Notes: generated by a model not told the origin, from the letters alone. Positions 31,612-43,717 are shown, counted from the first letter of the stretch. The stretch: DNA of 64,000 bases from Vitrella brassicaformis CCMP3155 (GCA_001179505.1 CDMY01000467.1:7041-71040); one strand, 5' to 3'. Program-made: numbers and translations.

Positions 31612-31755
31612 TTATCTGAAGGAGAAGGCTGCTTGCCAAAGAAAAGCCAGTAGTAGGAACAAAACAGGGACCGCAGGCAAGACATCGATGACCGGAGCCA
31701 TGAATTGGTAAGTTTCTGGAAGTTTGCACAAAACTTCAAAAAGGCTTGAATTCAT
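31612..31755 (-). CDS. psbK: Photosystem II protein K
   Basis: Hand translation ...[37 protein letters not shown]. Confidence 0.95.
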   Translation of the reverse strand: MNSSLFEVLCKLPETYQFMAPVIDVLPAVPVLFLLLAFLWQAAFSFR

Positions 31756-31857
31756 AAGATCATGAAGGTGTTTAAAAATATGTCACAAATTTACATAACT
31801 TCTAATAAAGTCTAACTCCAGAAAGTGGTCAGCCTGACCATACCGAGAAAATCTATT

Positions 31858-31965
31858 TTACAGCCCGTTGCGCCCCCATACGGTGAGAGCGATTGACATA
31901 GCGGTAACCGCACACAGCAAAGCCCACCCAAGCATAACTTCAGAAGGCATTCCAAGATCCTCCAT
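31858..31965 (-). CDS. petN: Cytochrome b6f subunit VIII
   Basis: Hand translation ...MLGWALLCAVTAMSIALTVWGRNGL. Confidence 0.92.
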   Translation of the reverse strand: MEDLGMPSEVMLGWALLCAVTAMSIALTVWGRNGL

Positions 31966-32032
31966 TTGCCTAAAATTAAAAGCCGTTAGAGGTTCTTCGC
32001 ACCGAGACTAGTGGCGTCTGGACCTGTTACTG

Positions 32033-32605
32033 TTAGTTAAGAAAATTAAAAACTTTGGTCGATTCCGAAGAATTGGGCCTGGTTTTTAGAACATATCGAA
32101 TGGCGTAGATTCCTCCTAGAACAGCGAGTGAGCCGGTGGTTAAAAAGGCGTAGCTTACAATCATCATGCTCACATGGACACTTAGCCAAGGAGCTCGGAG
32201 ACTTTGAGGAGGCCCATTTGACTGTTGCATAGCCACAGGAAGAGCCGAGTCTACGAACAGTAAAACTCCTCCTAACAAAATCGTGATTCCCAGAGCCAGC
32301 CAAGGGCTAATTCTTTTGAGGCGTGACGTCGGTCCTAACACTAGCAAGTTCAGCGCACAAATAAGCAGAGCTAGTACACAAAACGATTCGTAGAGACTAG
32401 CCAGAGGGACAGTGTGGTACCACACGCACCTTAAAAGAAACCAAACCAAAAAACATTCCAAAAGAACCCACAGGCAAAAACGGCTAGTCACAGAAAAGAC
32501 TTTAGAACATTTTAGCCAGGGCGCCAGGGTAAACCCGGCTAGTTGTGCCAGAAACGACATGTTGGTAAAAGCTAGCCAAGACTGTGTCATCCAACTGTAG
32601 CCCAT
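32033..32605 (-). CDS. ccsA: Cytochrome c biogenesis protein CcsA, N-terminal half only
   Basis: HTVPLASLYES (cf. H.PLSNLYES), LRAPWLSVHVSMMIVSY (cf. LQS.WLMMHVS.M..SY); no WWD domain. Confidence 0.82.
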   Translation of the reverse strand: MGYSWMTQSWLAFTNMSFLAQLAGFTLAPWLKCSKVFSVTSRFCLWVLLECFLVWFLLRCVWYHTVPLASLYESFCVLALLICALNLLVLGPTSRLKRISPWLALGITILLGGVLLFVDSALPVAMQQSNGPPQSLRAPWLSVHVSMMIVSYAFLTTGSLAVLGGIYAIRYVLKTRPNSSESTKVFNFLN

Positions 32606-32678
32606 AAAAACTTGTTTAGCCCGTCATTCTATTCATGAATGCACTCAAAATCACAAACAAAAACAGAAGCAGCTTATC

Positions 32679-33152
32679 TTAATAATAAACCTTCCCCCCT
32701 CCCCACTTTTCTGAAACTAACTTCGGCTGTAACAAGATATGCCCGGCTATAGCAAACAAGTCGTCTTCTGTCAGATTACGCATTTTTGGAAATATATCAG
32801 CGTTCGTGACGTTGGGATGAAGTTCTGATAAAGATTCCACTCCATCATAGCTTTTAGGGTCCTTCATATAATTAATCAAGGCTTCAATATTGTCTCTACG
32901 TGGCTGAGCGCCTTTTAGAGCTGTGAGGTCTAGACCAACGTTTTGGTTGGTCTTCGTTACGCCTCCGGTATGGCAAGTGCTGCAAGAAGCGTTAAATAAG
33001 CGCTTCCCCCGTTTGACCTGCTCTAGAGTAAGGGTAACGGAACGTCCCGCCTCATTTAAGGGTATGGTTAAAGCCTCGGAGTCAAGCTCTTTACTTAGTT
33101 TCCATTGATAGTCGAATACCTGGGGCCCGTTTAGTAAGACGTTCTCTAACAT
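32679..33152 (-). CDS. psbV: Cytochrome c550
   Basis: GKRLFNASCSTCHTGGVTKTN, EKWGGGKVYY. Confidence 0.96.
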   Translation of the reverse strand: MLENVLLNGPQVFDYQWKLSKELDSEALTIPLNEAGRSVTLTLEQVKRGKRLFNASCSTCHTGGVTKTNQNVGLDLTALKGAQPRRDNIEALINYMKDPKSYDGVESLSELHPNVTNADIFPKMRNLTEDDLFAIAGHILLQPKLVSEKWGGGKVYY

Positions 33153-33211
33153 TGGAGGAGTCCGATGGATCTGTAGATGTTTCTCCTGATTAAACCTAAA
33201 TGTATTATCTG

Positions 33212-33514
33212 CTACCAGGTAGCTTTGAAAAGACCCGGTATCAAGGATTGATGTCCCAGTTCTCGCAACTGGTGTCGTGAGAGGCCTGTCAAACGATTAT
33301 ACGATTTAGACGTGCCTGTAACACCACAGCGGTTAGACTGACGGACGGCACTGCTGTCCCGCGGCAAAGTATCGAAAGCCGTTAGGACTTCCAGCTGTTG
33401 AGAAAAACTGCACACTCTCGTCCGAGCGTTCAAGAGGTAGTTTCGCCTTTTGTTAAATGTGTCACGCGCGTTTTGTTTTTTTAATTCTCTTTGTCTCACG
33501 GATATTTTTGGCAT
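33212..33514 (-). CDS. rps14: 30S ribosomal protein S14
   Basis: LPRDSSAVRQSNRCGVTG, LSRHQLREL, IPGLFKATW. Confidence 0.92.
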   Translation of the reverse strand: MPKISVRQRELKKQNARDTFNKRRNYLLNARTRVCSFSQQLEVLTAFDTLPRDSSAVRQSNRCGVTGTSKSYNRLTGLSRHQLRELGHQSLIPGLFKATW

Positions 33515-33559
33515 TTGAACATGCTAAATAACATGAGGTTCTTCCCGCCAAATGTCGAA

Positions 33560-35158
33560 TTATCGACTCAACTCTGTTGTTTCGTCACCAAGTTTTTGGA
33601 AAGCTCCAAACTCCACTTGTTTCACCACATCCGCTCCAATACCAGTTAAAACATCTCGGAATAGTGTACGGCCGCCATGCCACAAATGTCCAAAATAGAA
33701 CAATAAAGCCAGGTTCAGGTGCCCGAACGTGTACCACCCTCTAGGGCTGCTTCTAAACACCCCGTCAGACTGTAAGGTCACGCGGTCAAACTGGAACATC
33801 TCTCCTAATTGAGCTTTACGTGCGAACTTTTTGACCGTTGTCGGATCATCAAATTTCTGTCCGTTTAGTTTTCCGCCTAAAAACTGCACCGAAACTCCTA
33901 CTTGTTCGATACTGTACTTCGACTCAGCTCGTCTGAAGGGAATGTCAGCCTGGACTACACCATCCTTGTCTACTAGGATGACTGGGAAGGTTTCAAAAAA
34001 CGAAGGCATTCTTCTAACAGTAAGTTCATTGCCGTCTTTAGTACGGAAAATTGGGTGACCTAGCCAGGCTTGAGCGATTCCATCGCCCTTGTTCATAGGG
34101 CCTGCTCTAAACAGACCGCCCTTGGCTGGGTTATTTCCTACATAATCGTAAAAAGCCAGTTTGTCTGGGACCAACGACCACGCCTCCGTCAAAGAATAGC
34201 CTCTGCGAAGATTATTTTCAACTTGTCGTTCCACCTCTTGTTGGAAATAACCACTATCCCATTGGTAACGGGTAGGGCCGAACAGGTCAACTGGCGTTGT
34301 CGCGCTACCATACCACATAGTTCCCGATGTGACGAAGGCCGCAAAGAATACGGCCGCTATACTGCTCGAAAGCACGGTCTCGATGTTTCCCATTCGTAGA
34401 AGTTTGAACAAACGTTCTGAAGGGCGCACGGACAGGTGGAATACCGAAGCAATGATCCCTAAAATTCCGGCGGCGATATGATGAGCAGCTACCCCACCCG
34501 GATTGAATGGGTTAAACCCATCGGGACCCCACTCCGGTTGGACAGGTTTTACAGCAGCGGATAGACCGTACGCGTCGGACACCCAAATGCCCGGCCCAAA
34601 AAGACCCGCAACATGGAACCCACCAAATCCTAGACAAAGGAAACTTGCCAGTGCTAGATGGATACCAAAGACAAGAGGCAAGTCCAGCACTAACTGATTA
34701 CTCTCGGGATCTCTGAAAATGTCTAGATCCCAAAAGGTCCAGTGCCATATGGCAGCCAAGAACAATAGGCCAGATAAAATGATATGAGACACTGCTACGC
34801 CTTCCACACTCCATATGCCGGGTCCTCGAGACACTAAGAATTGGAAAATTTGGTCGACGACGCCAGTGGATTCATCCACAGCATAAATTGGAACGGCCTC
34901 GAGGTCCGTGTCCCCAAGTAAGCTCCATCCGTTCCAAGATTCTGTGACACCAAGTCTAGCCATAAAGGGTAACACAAACATTCCTTGTCGCCACATAGGA
35001 TTAAGTACCGGGTCTGAAGGATCAAACACAGAGAGTTCGTAAAGTGCCATGGAACCAGCCCAACCCGCCACTAAAGCTGTATGCATGATGTGCACAGCGA
35101 TTAAACGGCCCGGGTCGTTTAAGACAACAGTATGTACTCTATACCAGGGTAATGCCAT
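33560..35158 (-). CDS. psbB: PSII CP47
   Basis: [36 protein letters not shown]-like [11 protein letters not shown]. Confidence 0.98.
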   Translation of the reverse strand: MALPWYRVHTVVLNDPGRLIAVHIMHTALVAGWAGSMALYELSVFDPSDPVLNPMWRQGMFVLPFMARLGVTESWNGWSLLGDTDLEAVPIYAVDESTGVVDQIFQFLVSRGPGIWSVEGVAVSHIILSGLLFLAAIWHWTFWDLDIFRDPESNQLVLDLPLVFGIHLALASFLCLGFGGFHVAGLFGPGIWVSDAYGLSAAVKPVQPEWGPDGFNPFNPGGVAAHHIAAGILGIIASVFHLSVRPSERLFKLLRMGNIETVLSSSIAAVFFAAFVTSGTMWYGSATTPVDLFGPTRYQWDSGYFQQEVERQVENNLRRGYSLTEAWSLVPDKLAFYDYVGNNPAKGGLFRAGPMNKGDGIAQAWLGHPIFRTKDGNELTVRRMPSFFETFPVILVDKDGVVQADIPFRRAESKYSIEQVGVSVQFLGGKLNGQKFDDPTTVKKFARKAQLGEMFQFDRVTLQSDGVFRSSPRGWYTFGHLNLALLFYFGHLWHGGRTLFRDVLTGIGADVVKQVEFGAFQKLGDETTELSR

Positions 35159-35209
35159 AGTTTTGAGGGGAGTTAAGTGAAGCGGCATGAATACTGAAAA
35201 ATCAATAAT

Positions 35210-36274
35210 TTAAGCATAACGAGCGCTGAAAGGCGTGCGCTTGCGGTGGCGTGGCTTTAAAAGGAATAGGCGCACAAACTGCCAAGCTATGTTGCATTGA
35301 AGAAAAGTCTTGTAAACACTTGCAGAAACAACTGGGGATGGCAGGATACTAGGAGGACTGACTTTACCTGCCTCAATATCCATGAGTTTTTGATAATAGC
35401 TCGAGCACCTCTCCAAATGCTCGATAAAAAAAGGATTGTACAGATTTAAGGAAATGGGAAATATCTTGGATGCTGTGTAGTTAGTTCGCTCCATGACATG
35501 AAGATCAAACGAAGCTGTGTTTAGGCCCAGCGCTTCATAGAAACCGGATCGCTGAGCGTCGTTTAAATACATGGTTACAAAAACTGACAGCAAGAAAAAC
35601 CGCGACCATAGGCGCGCTAAAGGCCCTGACAACAGGTGGGGCTGCGCTCTTAGCACCGCCGCGAAAAAATCCCCGTGCCTATTTTCATCTTGGCACCAAC
35701 CTTCAAAATATCTAAAAATAGGATAGATTCGATAGTGGGGATTAGCTTGCAAGTGCCTATATATAGTTATGTAGCGCCAATATCCAATTTTCTCAGATAA
35801 GTAAGTTGCATACAAGATAAACCGAGGGGAAAAATATGTGTACTTCCTTGCCTTGGTTAAAAAGCCTAAGTCCAAAACCACATTAAAGTCTCCCAAGCAT
35901 TTGTTTAAGAACCCTGCGTGGCGCGCTTCGTCTCGAGCCAATAAGGCAAAGCCTTCTGCGAGCAACGAGTTTTTTGATTCCAATTTCCTGGACAGTTCCT
36001 TGTAGAGTAGAAATCCAGAAAACTCTGCTGTGCAAGAACGTTCAAGAAATTCCACCATAAGCTGCTTGGTCTCCTCGGGCATGGTTGACCAGGACTGTTT
36101 GAATTCATTATCTCGTATAAAATGAAAACGGTTGTAGTCGCCCCGCAACTCTTTGAGAATACTTTCAATTTCTAACAAGTTTCTGTTCACTTGGTAGTTA
36201 GCCATCGAATCAAAGTCTGTCGTGTAAAAGCGTGGAGTTAGCAGTGTTTCTTTAATGGCGGTCTGTTGCTTCAT
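35210..36274 (-). CDS. acsF: Mg-protoporphyrin IX monomethyl ester oxidative cyclase (AcsF/Ycf59)
   Basis: [57 protein letters not shown] di-iron motifs. Confidence 0.96.
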   Translation of the reverse strand: MKQQTAIKETLLTPRFYTTDFDSMANYQVNRNLLEIESILKELRGDYNRFHFIRDNEFKQSWSTMPEETKQLMVEFLERSCTAEFSGFLLYKELSRKLESKNSLLAEGFALLARDEARHAGFLNKCLGDFNVVLDLGFLTKARKYTYFSPRFILYATYLSEKIGYWRYITIYRHLQANPHYRIYPIFRYFEGWCQDENRHGDFFAAVLRAQPHLLSGPLARLWSRFFLLSVFVTMYLNDAQRSGFYEALGLNTASFDLHVMERTNYTASKIFPISLNLYNPFFIEHLERCSSYYQKLMDIEAGKVSPPSILPSPVVSASVYKTFLQCNIAWQFVRLFLLKPRHRKRTPFSARYA

Positions 36275-36371
36275 AAAATTTATCTAGTCCTGTAGGTTAC
36301 TCTTCGTTGCCCTTGACTCACTCTGCAGCTTGGAACTGTACAAATTTGGAAGCCAGGCCAGCTGTTTGCGT

Positions 36372-36479
36372 TTAGGTGTTGTAAGGGTTGCGTGATGGAT
36401 CAGAGGATAGTAGACCAAAAACAAATAAAGATATAAAGAAACTGATGGTTGCATACACCACTAGCTTTAAAGCTGCCAT
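36372..36479 (-). CDS. psbI: Photosystem II protein I
   Basis: Hand translation [35 protein letters not shown]. Confidence 0.93.
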   Translation of the reverse strand: MAALKLVVYATISFFISLFVFGLLSSDPSRNPYNT

Positions 36480-36556
36480 AAGTAGCAAAGGTCTTGTCTC
36501 ATGAGCTTCCCGCCGAGCTGGTAATTAGAAAACTGCTGCTGACAAACTAATTAGTT

Positions 36557-38875
36557 TTAAGGGCGTTCTGTGGAAGCAATGACGAAGGCAGCGTAAGTGA
36601 GTATATACCCTACGGTAAAGTGCGCTAGCCCTACCAGACGCGCCTGAACGATCGATAACGCCACTGGCTTATCTCTCCAACGAATTAGATTAGCAATAGG
36701 GGTGCGCTCGTGCGCCCACACTAGCGTCTCTATTAACTCTTGCCAGTACCCTCGCCATGAAATCAAAAACATGAAGCCGGTTGCCCACACCAAGTGACCA
36801 AATAAGAACATCCATGCCCAGACTGCATTGCTGTTAACCCCAAGAGGGTTGTACCCATTGATCAATTTAGATGAATTTAGCCACAAATAGTCTCTGAGCC
36901 ATCCCATTAAGTAGTTGGACGATTCGTCGAAAAAGGCTGGGTTTCCTTGCCATACTGCTAAATGCTTCCAATGCCAATAAAAAGTCACCCAACCAATAGT
37001 ATTTAACATCCAAAACATGGCTAGATAGAACGCATCCCATGCGGAAATGTCACAGGTACCTCCTCGTCCGGGCCCATCACACGGAAAACTATAGCCAAAC
37101 TGATTCTTGTCAGGCATAAGTTTGGAACCCCGAGCATCTAATGCCCCTTTGACCAAAATTAAAGTCGTCGTATGGAGTCCTAATGCGATAGCATGATGCA
37201 CTAAAAAATCACCAGGCCCTATCTCTAAGAATATGGAATTGGCGTTGCTGTTAACTTGTTTTAGCCAGCCATCTATCCAAGGAGCGCTAGAAATAGGAGT
37301 TAAAAGGCTGTCCCCGGCTGCAAGAGTAGGGTCTGACAACCACCACTGCAAATTATATACTAACTTTCCAGAAGACGCCTGAATAAGTTGGGCAAATACA
37401 GGCTCTACAAGAATCTGCTTTTCCGCTTGGCCGAAAGCTACCACAACATCATTGTGAACATACAGTCCCAGTGTGTGGAATCCCAAGAATAAAGAGACCC
37501 AACTCAAGTGAGAGATAATTGTCTCCTTATGAGCTAAGACGCGAGCAAGCACATTCCCCCGATTGGTTACTGGGTTGTAATCTTGAACTAAGAAAATGGC
37601 TCCATGCGCAAAAGCACCTACCATCAAAAATCCTGCAATATACTGATGATGCGTGTAGAGAGCTGATTGGGTCACTAAGTCCTTGTCCAAAAACGCGTAA
37701 GCTGGAAGAGCATAAATATGTTGGGCTGCTAGGGAAGTAGCTACTCCCAGGGCGGCCAAAGCAAAGCAGAGCTGCAAGTGAAGCGAATCAGTAATAGTTT
37801 CAAATAACCCCTTATGACCTTCTCCCAGCATTCCACTTGGGGGGACATGAGCTTCTAAAATGGCCTTTAAACTATGCCCTTTTTGCCAGTTAGTGCGATA
37901 CATGTGCCCGGCAACCACTAGCACGACTCCTAAAGCTAAGTGGTGGTGAGCTATGTCGCTTAACCACAAAGACTGAGTGTATGGGTCAAAGCCTCCCAAG
38001 AAGGTTAGGATGGCAGTGCCCGAGCCGATATCGCTGTTGAATATGTGGCCAGGGGCGTCTGGATTTAGAGCATATTGTGTCCAGGACAGGCCAAAGTTTC
38101 CCGGTACCGGTACAACACCACCACCACCATTAAAGCCAAAGACTTTAAATAAGGGACCTAAACCATCTGGGTGGGGCGGTGTAAATAAGAAATTGTCCCA
38201 TCCTACGTGTTGACCACGAGATTCGGGAAGAGCCACATGTACTAGATGTCCGGCCCAGGCAATCGAACTAAAGCCGAATAGCCCTGCAATATGATGGTTA
38301 AGACGAGATTCATTATTTTCGAAAAAGCTTTGGGGCGGCCTAAACTTAGGCTGAAGCTTCAAGGTTCCTGCAAAAAGCATTAGTCCCGCCAATAACACTA
38401 AGCCTAATGCAGAGGCATACAGGTCTGTATCCGTACGTAGCCCAATCGTGTACCACCAGTTGTACACTCCCGAATAAGAAATGTTTACCGGATACGGAGC
38501 CCCCTGTGGAGTAAACGCTTTAGTAGCTGCCTCGCCAAAGTGGGGATCCCAAATACGATGAGCAATAGGGCGAGTGTTGGTGGGGTCAGCGACCCACGCC
38601 TCAAAATTACCCTGCCAAGCCACATGAAATAGGTTGCCTGAGGTCCACAAGAAAATTACTGCCAAGTGTCCAAAGTGCGAAGCGAAAATGGCTTGGTAAG
38701 TCTTTTCTTTTGTGGCCCCATCGTAAGACTCTAAGTCGTGAACTGTGGCAAGACCGTACCATAATCGTCGTGTGGTAGGGTCTTTCGCTAGGCCCTCGCT
38801 AAAAGCAGGCCAACGTACGGATCTGGATGGAGAGAAAGAGGCAGTGTATGATGGTGTGGCCCTCTGCGCTACCAT
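36557..38875 (-). CDS. psaB: PSI P700 apoprotein A2
   Basis: [49 protein letters not shown]. Confidence 0.98.
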   Translation of the reverse strand: MVAQRATPSYTASFSPSRSVRWPAFSEGLAKDPTTRRLWYGLATVHDLESYDGATKEKTYQAIFASHFGHLAVIFLWTSGNLFHVAWQGNFEAWVADPTNTRPIAHRIWDPHFGEAATKAFTPQGAPYPVNISYSGVYNWWYTIGLRTDTDLYASALGLVLLAGLMLFAGTLKLQPKFRPPQSFFENNESRLNHHIAGLFGFSSIAWAGHLVHVALPESRGQHVGWDNFLFTPPHPDGLGPLFKVFGFNGGGGVVPVPGNFGLSWTQYALNPDAPGHIFNSDIGSGTAILTFLGGFDPYTQSLWLSDIAHHHLALGVVLVVAGHMYRTNWQKGHSLKAILEAHVPPSGMLGEGHKGLFETITDSLHLQLCFALAALGVATSLAAQHIYALPAYAFLDKDLVTQSALYTHHQYIAGFLMVGAFAHGAIFLVQDYNPVTNRGNVLARVLAHKETIISHLSWVSLFLGFHTLGLYVHNDVVVAFGQAEKQILVEPVFAQLIQASSGKLVYNLQWWLSDPTLAAGDSLLTPISSAPWIDGWLKQVNSNANSIFLEIGPGDFLVHHAIALGLHTTTLILVKGALDARGSKLMPDKNQFGYSFPCDGPGRGGTCDISAWDAFYLAMFWMLNTIGWVTFYWHWKHLAVWQGNPAFFDESSNYLMGWLRDYLWLNSSKLINGYNPLGVNSNAVWAWMFLFGHLVWATGFMFLISWRGYWQELIETLVWAHERTPIANLIRWRDKPVALSIVQARLVGLAHFTVGYILTYAAFVIASTERP

Positions 38876-38969
38876 TAAAAAGTTAAACTAACCCAAATCT
38901 GATCTTCACGCCCTGCTCAACAATGGTTATGTTTTTTCCAGACCGTTTGCAAAATATACTCGTCTAAGC

Positions 38970-41216
38970 TTAAAGCGACACAGACCTAGCTAAAAAGAAG
39001 GCCCAGGTGGTGCCAATACCACCCAGTAGATAATGAGCTAGTCCCACAGCTCGTCCTTGAGTGATACTAAGAGCTCGAGGTTGAATCACTGGCATAACAC
39101 TGACTTTTTCGTGCGCCCATACAATGGATTCTATGAGCTCTTGCCAGTAGCCCCGACCACTGAACAAGAACATCAAACTAAACGCCCAAACGAAATGAGC
39201 CCCTAAGAAAATCAATCCGTATGCAGAGCTCGCACTTCCATAAGACTGTACAACTTGAGCAGCCTGAGCCCATAAAAAGTCTCTTAGCCAGCCGTTGATA
39301 GTTATGGCACTCTGGGCAAAATTCCCTCCAGTAACATGAGAAACGACCCCGTCAGACGATACAGATCCCCACACATCAGATTGCATTTTCCAGAAGAAGT
39401 GGAAAATAACGATAGAGAGAGAATTATACATCCAAAAAGAACCTAAGAATACATGGTCCCAGCTGGAAACTTGACAAGTTCCCCCGCGCCCTGGCCCATC
39501 GCAAGGAAAGCGGAACCCCAAGCGAGCTTTATCAGGGATGAGTTTAGAGCTGCGAGCGTACAAGACTCCTTTCAGTAGAATAAGTGCGGTCACATGAATT
39601 GTGAAGGCATGGATATGGTGGACCAAGAAATCGGCTGTGCCTAGTGTCATTGGCATGACAGCCACTTTTCCGGCCAAGGCAATTGTTTCTCCTCCAAAGA
39701 TATAGCTAGGAGTTGACAGGGTGTTAGGAGCTGTGGCACTAGCCGCACTACTGTGCAAATGCTGAACCCACTGTGCAAAAATAGGCTGAAGTGAGATAGC
39801 TGAGTCAGAAAACATGTCTCTAGAACGACCGAGCGCACGCATTGTATCGTTGTGAATATATAAGCCAAAACTATGAAAGCCCAGGAAAATACATACCCAG
39901 TTTAAATGAGAAATAATGGTATCACGGTGCTTAAGCACACGATCCAACACGTTGTCATAGTTTTCAATAGAAATTGGATTAAAGTCGCGAATCAAGCAGA
40001 TAGCAGCATGCGCCCCAGCACCAACTATACAGAAACCGCCAATCCAGACATGATGAGTAAATAAAGAAAGCTGTGTGGCATAGTCTACCGCAATGTAAGG
40101 GTAAGGAGGCATAGCATACATATGGTGAGCCACAATTATGCTTAAAGACCCCAGCATAGCCAAATTAATCGCCAGTTGAGCGTGCCAAGACGTTGTCAAC
40201 AGTTCGTACAGACCAGCGTGGCCTTTACCTGTTAATGGTCCCTTGTGGGCTTCTAGAATATCCTTAATTTTGTGGCCGATTCCCCAACTGGTTTTATACA
40301 TATGGCCGGCTACAATAAACAGAACCGCCAGGGCCAAGTGGTGATGAGCACAATCAGTTAGCCACAAAGCTCCTGTAGTTGGGTTTAGCCCTCCTTTAAA
40401 GGTTAAAAAATCAGCGTAGTCGCCCCACTGCAGGGTGAAGAACGGTAGCAGCCCTTTCTCAAAGCTAGGATAGAGCTGAGCCATCAGTGATCTATTAGTA
40501 ATGAACTCGAAAGGATAGGGCAATTCTTTTCCAGTAAACCCTAGATCTAAGAGCATGTTGATAGGTGCAGCAACATGAATTTGATGACCCGCCCAAGAAA
40601 GGCAGCCAAGTCCTAACAATCCGGCTAAATGGTGGTTTAACATTGACTCCACGTTCTGAAACCAGCTTAAGCGAGGCGCAGAAATGTGGAAGTGGTACCA
40701 TCCTGCTAGCACCATCAAAGCTGCCATATGAGCGGCTCCGAAAGATGTGAAGTAGAGCTCAAATTCATTAGTAATCCCTTCTGAGCGCCAGAGCTGAAAA
40801 AAGCCCGAGGTGATCTGGAGCCCAGTAGTATTACCTCCAAGGTCGGCATTCAAAATGTCTTGGCCCACTGAAGGCCAAACTACTTGCGCACTAGGCTTCA
40901 CGCGAAGAGGATCGGCCATCCAGGCGCTGTAGTTAGAAAAATAAGCTCCATGAAAGTGCATCCCACTCAACCACAAGAAAATGACTGCTAGTTGGCCGAA
41001 ATGGGCTCCGAACACCTTGCGTGACACTTCTTCCAGATCACCAAATTGTGTGTCAAAGTCATGTGCATCGGCGTGGAGATTCCAAATCCACGTGGTGGAT
41101 TTGGGTCCCTTGGACAGGGTTCGAGAAAAATGTCCGGGTTGGGCCCAACGATCCAGAGTGGCTGGTGTGTGACGTTCAGTAAGAGACTTCATGTCTGGGA
41201 GTGGTGATTGACCCAT
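38970..41216 (-). CDS. psaA: PSI P700 apoprotein A1 (intact, not split)
   Basis: [44 protein letters not shown]. Confidence 0.98.
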   Translation of the reverse strand: MGQSPLPDMKSLTERHTPATLDRWAQPGHFSRTLSKGPKSTTWIWNLHADAHDFDTQFGDLEEVSRKVFGAHFGQLAVIFLWLSGMHFHGAYFSNYSAWMADPLRVKPSAQVVWPSVGQDILNADLGGNTTGLQITSGFFQLWRSEGITNEFELYFTSFGAAHMAALMVLAGWYHFHISAPRLSWFQNVESMLNHHLAGLLGLGCLSWAGHQIHVAAPINMLLDLGFTGKELPYPFEFITNRSLMAQLYPSFEKGLLPFFTLQWGDYADFLTFKGGLNPTTGALWLTDCAHHHLALAVLFIVAGHMYKTSWGIGHKIKDILEAHKGPLTGKGHAGLYELLTTSWHAQLAINLAMLGSLSIIVAHHMYAMPPYPYIAVDYATQLSLFTHHVWIGGFCIVGAGAHAAICLIRDFNPISIENYDNVLDRVLKHRDTIISHLNWVCIFLGFHSFGLYIHNDTMRALGRSRDMFSDSAISLQPIFAQWVQHLHSSAASATAPNTLSTPSYIFGGETIALAGKVAVMPMTLGTADFLVHHIHAFTIHVTALILLKGVLYARSSKLIPDKARLGFRFPCDGPGRGGTCQVSSWDHVFLGSFWMYNSLSIVIFHFFWKMQSDVWGSVSSDGVVSHVTGGNFAQSAITINGWLRDFLWAQAAQVVQSYGSASSAYGLIFLGAHFVWAFSLMFLFSGRGYWQELIESIVWAHEKVSVMPVIQPRALSITQGRAVGLAHYLLGGIGTTWAFFLARSVSL

Positions 41217-41455
41217 GACCTAAAGAGTGCACTGCTTTCTAGAGAGACATTGTATAGTATGCTCGGTTGCTTCCAGGTCAAGACACAGCACCGCAAACAT
41301 GTTAAGTATTTTTTACTCTATTTTTAGTCTAGCCAAAGATAGGGCAGGGGGATCACTGGCAAAAGCGTTCTGTCTTCCATATCGCTAATCTCATGGGTAC
41401 AAAAAGTTAAGAGTGTAAGCGCTTAAAGCATATATCCTAGTATATCGATTATATA

Positions 41456-41528
41456 GCTCCCATCGTCTAGAGGCCTAGGACGTCTCTCTTTCACGGAGAC
41501 AACAGGGGTTCGAACCCCCTTGGGAGCG
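41456..41528 (+). tRNA. trnE: tRNA-Glu (UUC)
   Basis: Cloverleaf; CTTTCAC loop. Confidence 0.93.
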
Positions 41529-41556
41529 GTTATTTTTTTGCATTTCCTGATGAGGC

Positions 41557-41630
41557 CGGGGCGTAGCGCAGTTTGGTAGCGTATCTGCTTTGGGAGCAGA
41601 GGGTCACAGGTTCAAATCCTGTCGCTCCGA
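41557..41630 (+). tRNA. trnP: tRNA-Pro (UGG)
   Basis: Cloverleaf; TTTGGGA loop. Confidence 0.94.
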
Positions 41631-41667
41631 TTAAGGTGTTACGGTTGGTCTGGTGTCTTCAAATATT

Positions 41668-42393
41668 ATGCTGAGTAACCATATGTCTGCAGAAAAAGCC
41701 ATTAGGAAACGAAAGCCCGCAAGTGTCTGGCAGATGAATTATTGTCAAAAATACCGATTTCCTCGAGGCACCATGATTTATTTCAAAATCTTATCTTCTG
41801 GCGGACGTGTGGAAACGAGCATGGTTAGGAAAGCTTTAAGCCAAGAAATTTCTCCCGCAGGGCAGCCCGGGCATACGTTAGGGCGATCGAGTATTTCTGG
41901 GTCCAAACGCAAGCTATGGCGGCAAAAAGGAACCGGAAGGGCCCGAGCCGGGTCCAAGACAGGCCCTCTCTGGAAGGGAGGAGGAGTAGTGTTTGGGCCA
42001 CGAGGTGAACGGACTTCCGGTACTCAAAAGCGTAATAAAAAGTTGTGGAAAGCCGCTTTAAACTACGTTCTCTATGATAAGCTCAAGCATGAGAACTTAG
42101 TGTTGATGCTTGCTCCTTGGGCTTGGGAGATTAACCCTAACCCTTTGCCTTCACGGAAAGTTTTACTAAAAGGTCTAAGACATATATTACAAGACAAAAG
42201 CTGGCTTTTTGTCGTCCCCAATGGAACTTGTTTAGATACCTATCGGAGAGCCTTTTTTGAAGACGACATGAAAGTAACTGTACGTTCTCGGTCTACTGTA
42301 AAATGTATAGACATCCTACGTGCAGAAAAAGTTGCATTAATAGTTGGCCCTCAACATTATTTAAATGCCCTAAAGCTAAGAGGTAGTGTTTAG
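41668..42393 (+). CDS. rpl4: 50S ribosomal protein L4 (divergent; start uncertain)
   Basis: [32 protein letters not shown]. Confidence 0.9.
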   Translation: MLSNHMSAEKAIRKRKPASVWQMNYCQKYRFPRGTMIYFKILSSGGRVETSMVRKALSQEISPAGQPGHTLGRSSISGSKRKLWRQKGTGRARAGSKTGPLWKGGGVVFGPRGERTSGTQKRNKKLWKAALNYVLYDKLKHENLVLMLAPWAWEINPNPLPSRKVLLKGLRHILQDKSWLFVVPNGTCLDTYRRAFFEDDMKVTVRSRSTVKCIDILRAEKVALIVGPQHYLNALKLRGSV

Positions 42394-42428
42394 ATTACAA
42401 GGCAAGCAAAACACTAAAAGCTAGCCCA

Positions 42429-42740
42429 ATGGTACATGACATCTATGTGACGTCTTTTCTCGAATCATTCAAGGGACTGAAGCTAACCTCTAAGTCGGTA
42501 ATGCTAGCCACCAAAAATAGCTACACCTTCACTGTCGATCGCCACTTGGACAAACCTTTAATAAAAGCTGTGTTGGAGTTTCTCATGGACACACCTGTGG
42601 AAAGCGTACAAACACGTTCACTGCTAAAAACTCAGCGCACGCGTGGTAATACCAGAAAGATGGCTGCTAGAAGCAAACTAAAGATAGTTCAGGTGACATT
42701 TAAGAATAAGACGCGCTTAAAAGAGTGGGTATCATACTAG
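42429..42740 (+). CDS. rpl23: 50S ribosomal protein L23
   Basis: TSKS...NSYTFTVD..L.K..IK..LE; position between rpl4 and rpl2. Confidence 0.8.
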   Translation: MVHDIYVTSFLESFKGLKLTSKSVMLATKNSYTFTVDRHLDKPLIKAVLEFLMDTPVESVQTRSLLKTQRTRGNTRKMAARSKLKIVQVTFKNKTRLKEWVSY

Positions 42741-42817
42741 GCCCTGCATCGGATCAGCTTTTTTGTGTTCAGTAGTGTTAACAGACAATTCGTTACTAAT
42801 ATTATTTATTACAGAAG

Positions 42818-43663
42818 ATGCGTTCTCACAAAGCAACTACTCCTTCTAAACGCCACTTAAAAAGCATCAAAATGGGATTCCTTAGCCCTGGAAAAACAGA
42901 GAAAGCTTTAATCCTTCCCAAAGTCTCAAAGCAGGGACGCTCTAATTCAGGTCGCATAACCTCTAGGTTCCGTGGAGGCAGGGGCAAACTGCTGTGCAGG
43001 AACATCGACTTTTGGTTCGCCAAGCGTGGCACGTTAGCTACTCGCGGAGCCGTTGTCGAGTTAGAGTATGACCCCGCCCGAACAGCTTATTTAGCTGTCA
43101 TTTTGTTTTTAGACGGCAAACTTTCCACCGAGAGGCGTTACATGATTCCAACGGACAACCTTCAGGTTGGGGATGTAGTCGAAATCGGGGACAGCGCAAG
43201 CCTCAAGCCTGGTAACATCTTACCCCTATGGAAAATCTCCCCGGGGTCAGAAATTTGCTGCATCGAGCTCATGCCCGGAAGAGGCGCTCAGTTGGTTCGA
43301 GCTGCCGGGACGAAGGCTCAACTGCTTTTGGTAGATGAAAAACATGCGGCTATCCGACTTCCCTCACAGGAAGTGCGGTTAGTCCCTAAGGAGTGCTACG
43401 CAGTTATAGGCTGTATTAACACACCCTCGCACAATAAAACAACTAAGGGTAAAGCGGGGCGTAACCGCTGGCTGGGTCGAAGACCCAGAGTTCGAGGCTC
43501 AGCTATGAATCCGACCGATCACCCACATGGAGGTGGAGAAGGGCGGTGTCCGGTTGGTCGAAAGGTCCCTTCGACGCCATGGGGTAAATCAGCTTTCGGA
43601 GGGAGAACTCGAAAAACTAGCCGGCCTGCTAGTAAACTCATTTTAAAACCGCGTTATCGATAA
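42818..43663 (+). CDS. rpl2: 50S ribosomal protein L2
   Basis: LEYDPART, GKAGRNRWLGRRPRVRGSAMNPTDHPHGGGEG. Confidence 0.97.
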   Translation: MRSHKATTPSKRHLKSIKMGFLSPGKTEKALILPKVSKQGRSNSGRITSRFRGGRGKLLCRNIDFWFAKRGTLATRGAVVELEYDPARTAYLAVILFLDGKLSTERRYMIPTDNLQVGDVVEIGDSASLKPGNILPLWKISPGSEICCIELMPGRGAQLVRAAGTKAQLLLVDEKHAAIRLPSQEVRLVPKECYAVIGCINTPSHNKTTKGKAGRNRWLGRRPRVRGSAMNPTDHPHGGGEGRCPVGRKVPSTPWGKSAFGGRTRKTSRPASKLILKPRYR

Positions 43664-43717
43664 ACGCCTTGACCGGTATCCACATAATCATGAGGTTAAA
43701 ACCATCACAGATGTATC

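Noticed and set aside
31930-31970. NGGSWNAF in the ccsA frame downstream of its stop, resembling part of the WWD motif
   Set aside because: It lies behind several stops and overlaps petN in another frame, so it is a chance match
41221-41455. Short ORFs in the psaA-trnE divergent spacer
   Set aside because: All are under 30 aa with no family resemblance; the region is more likely a bidirectional promoter
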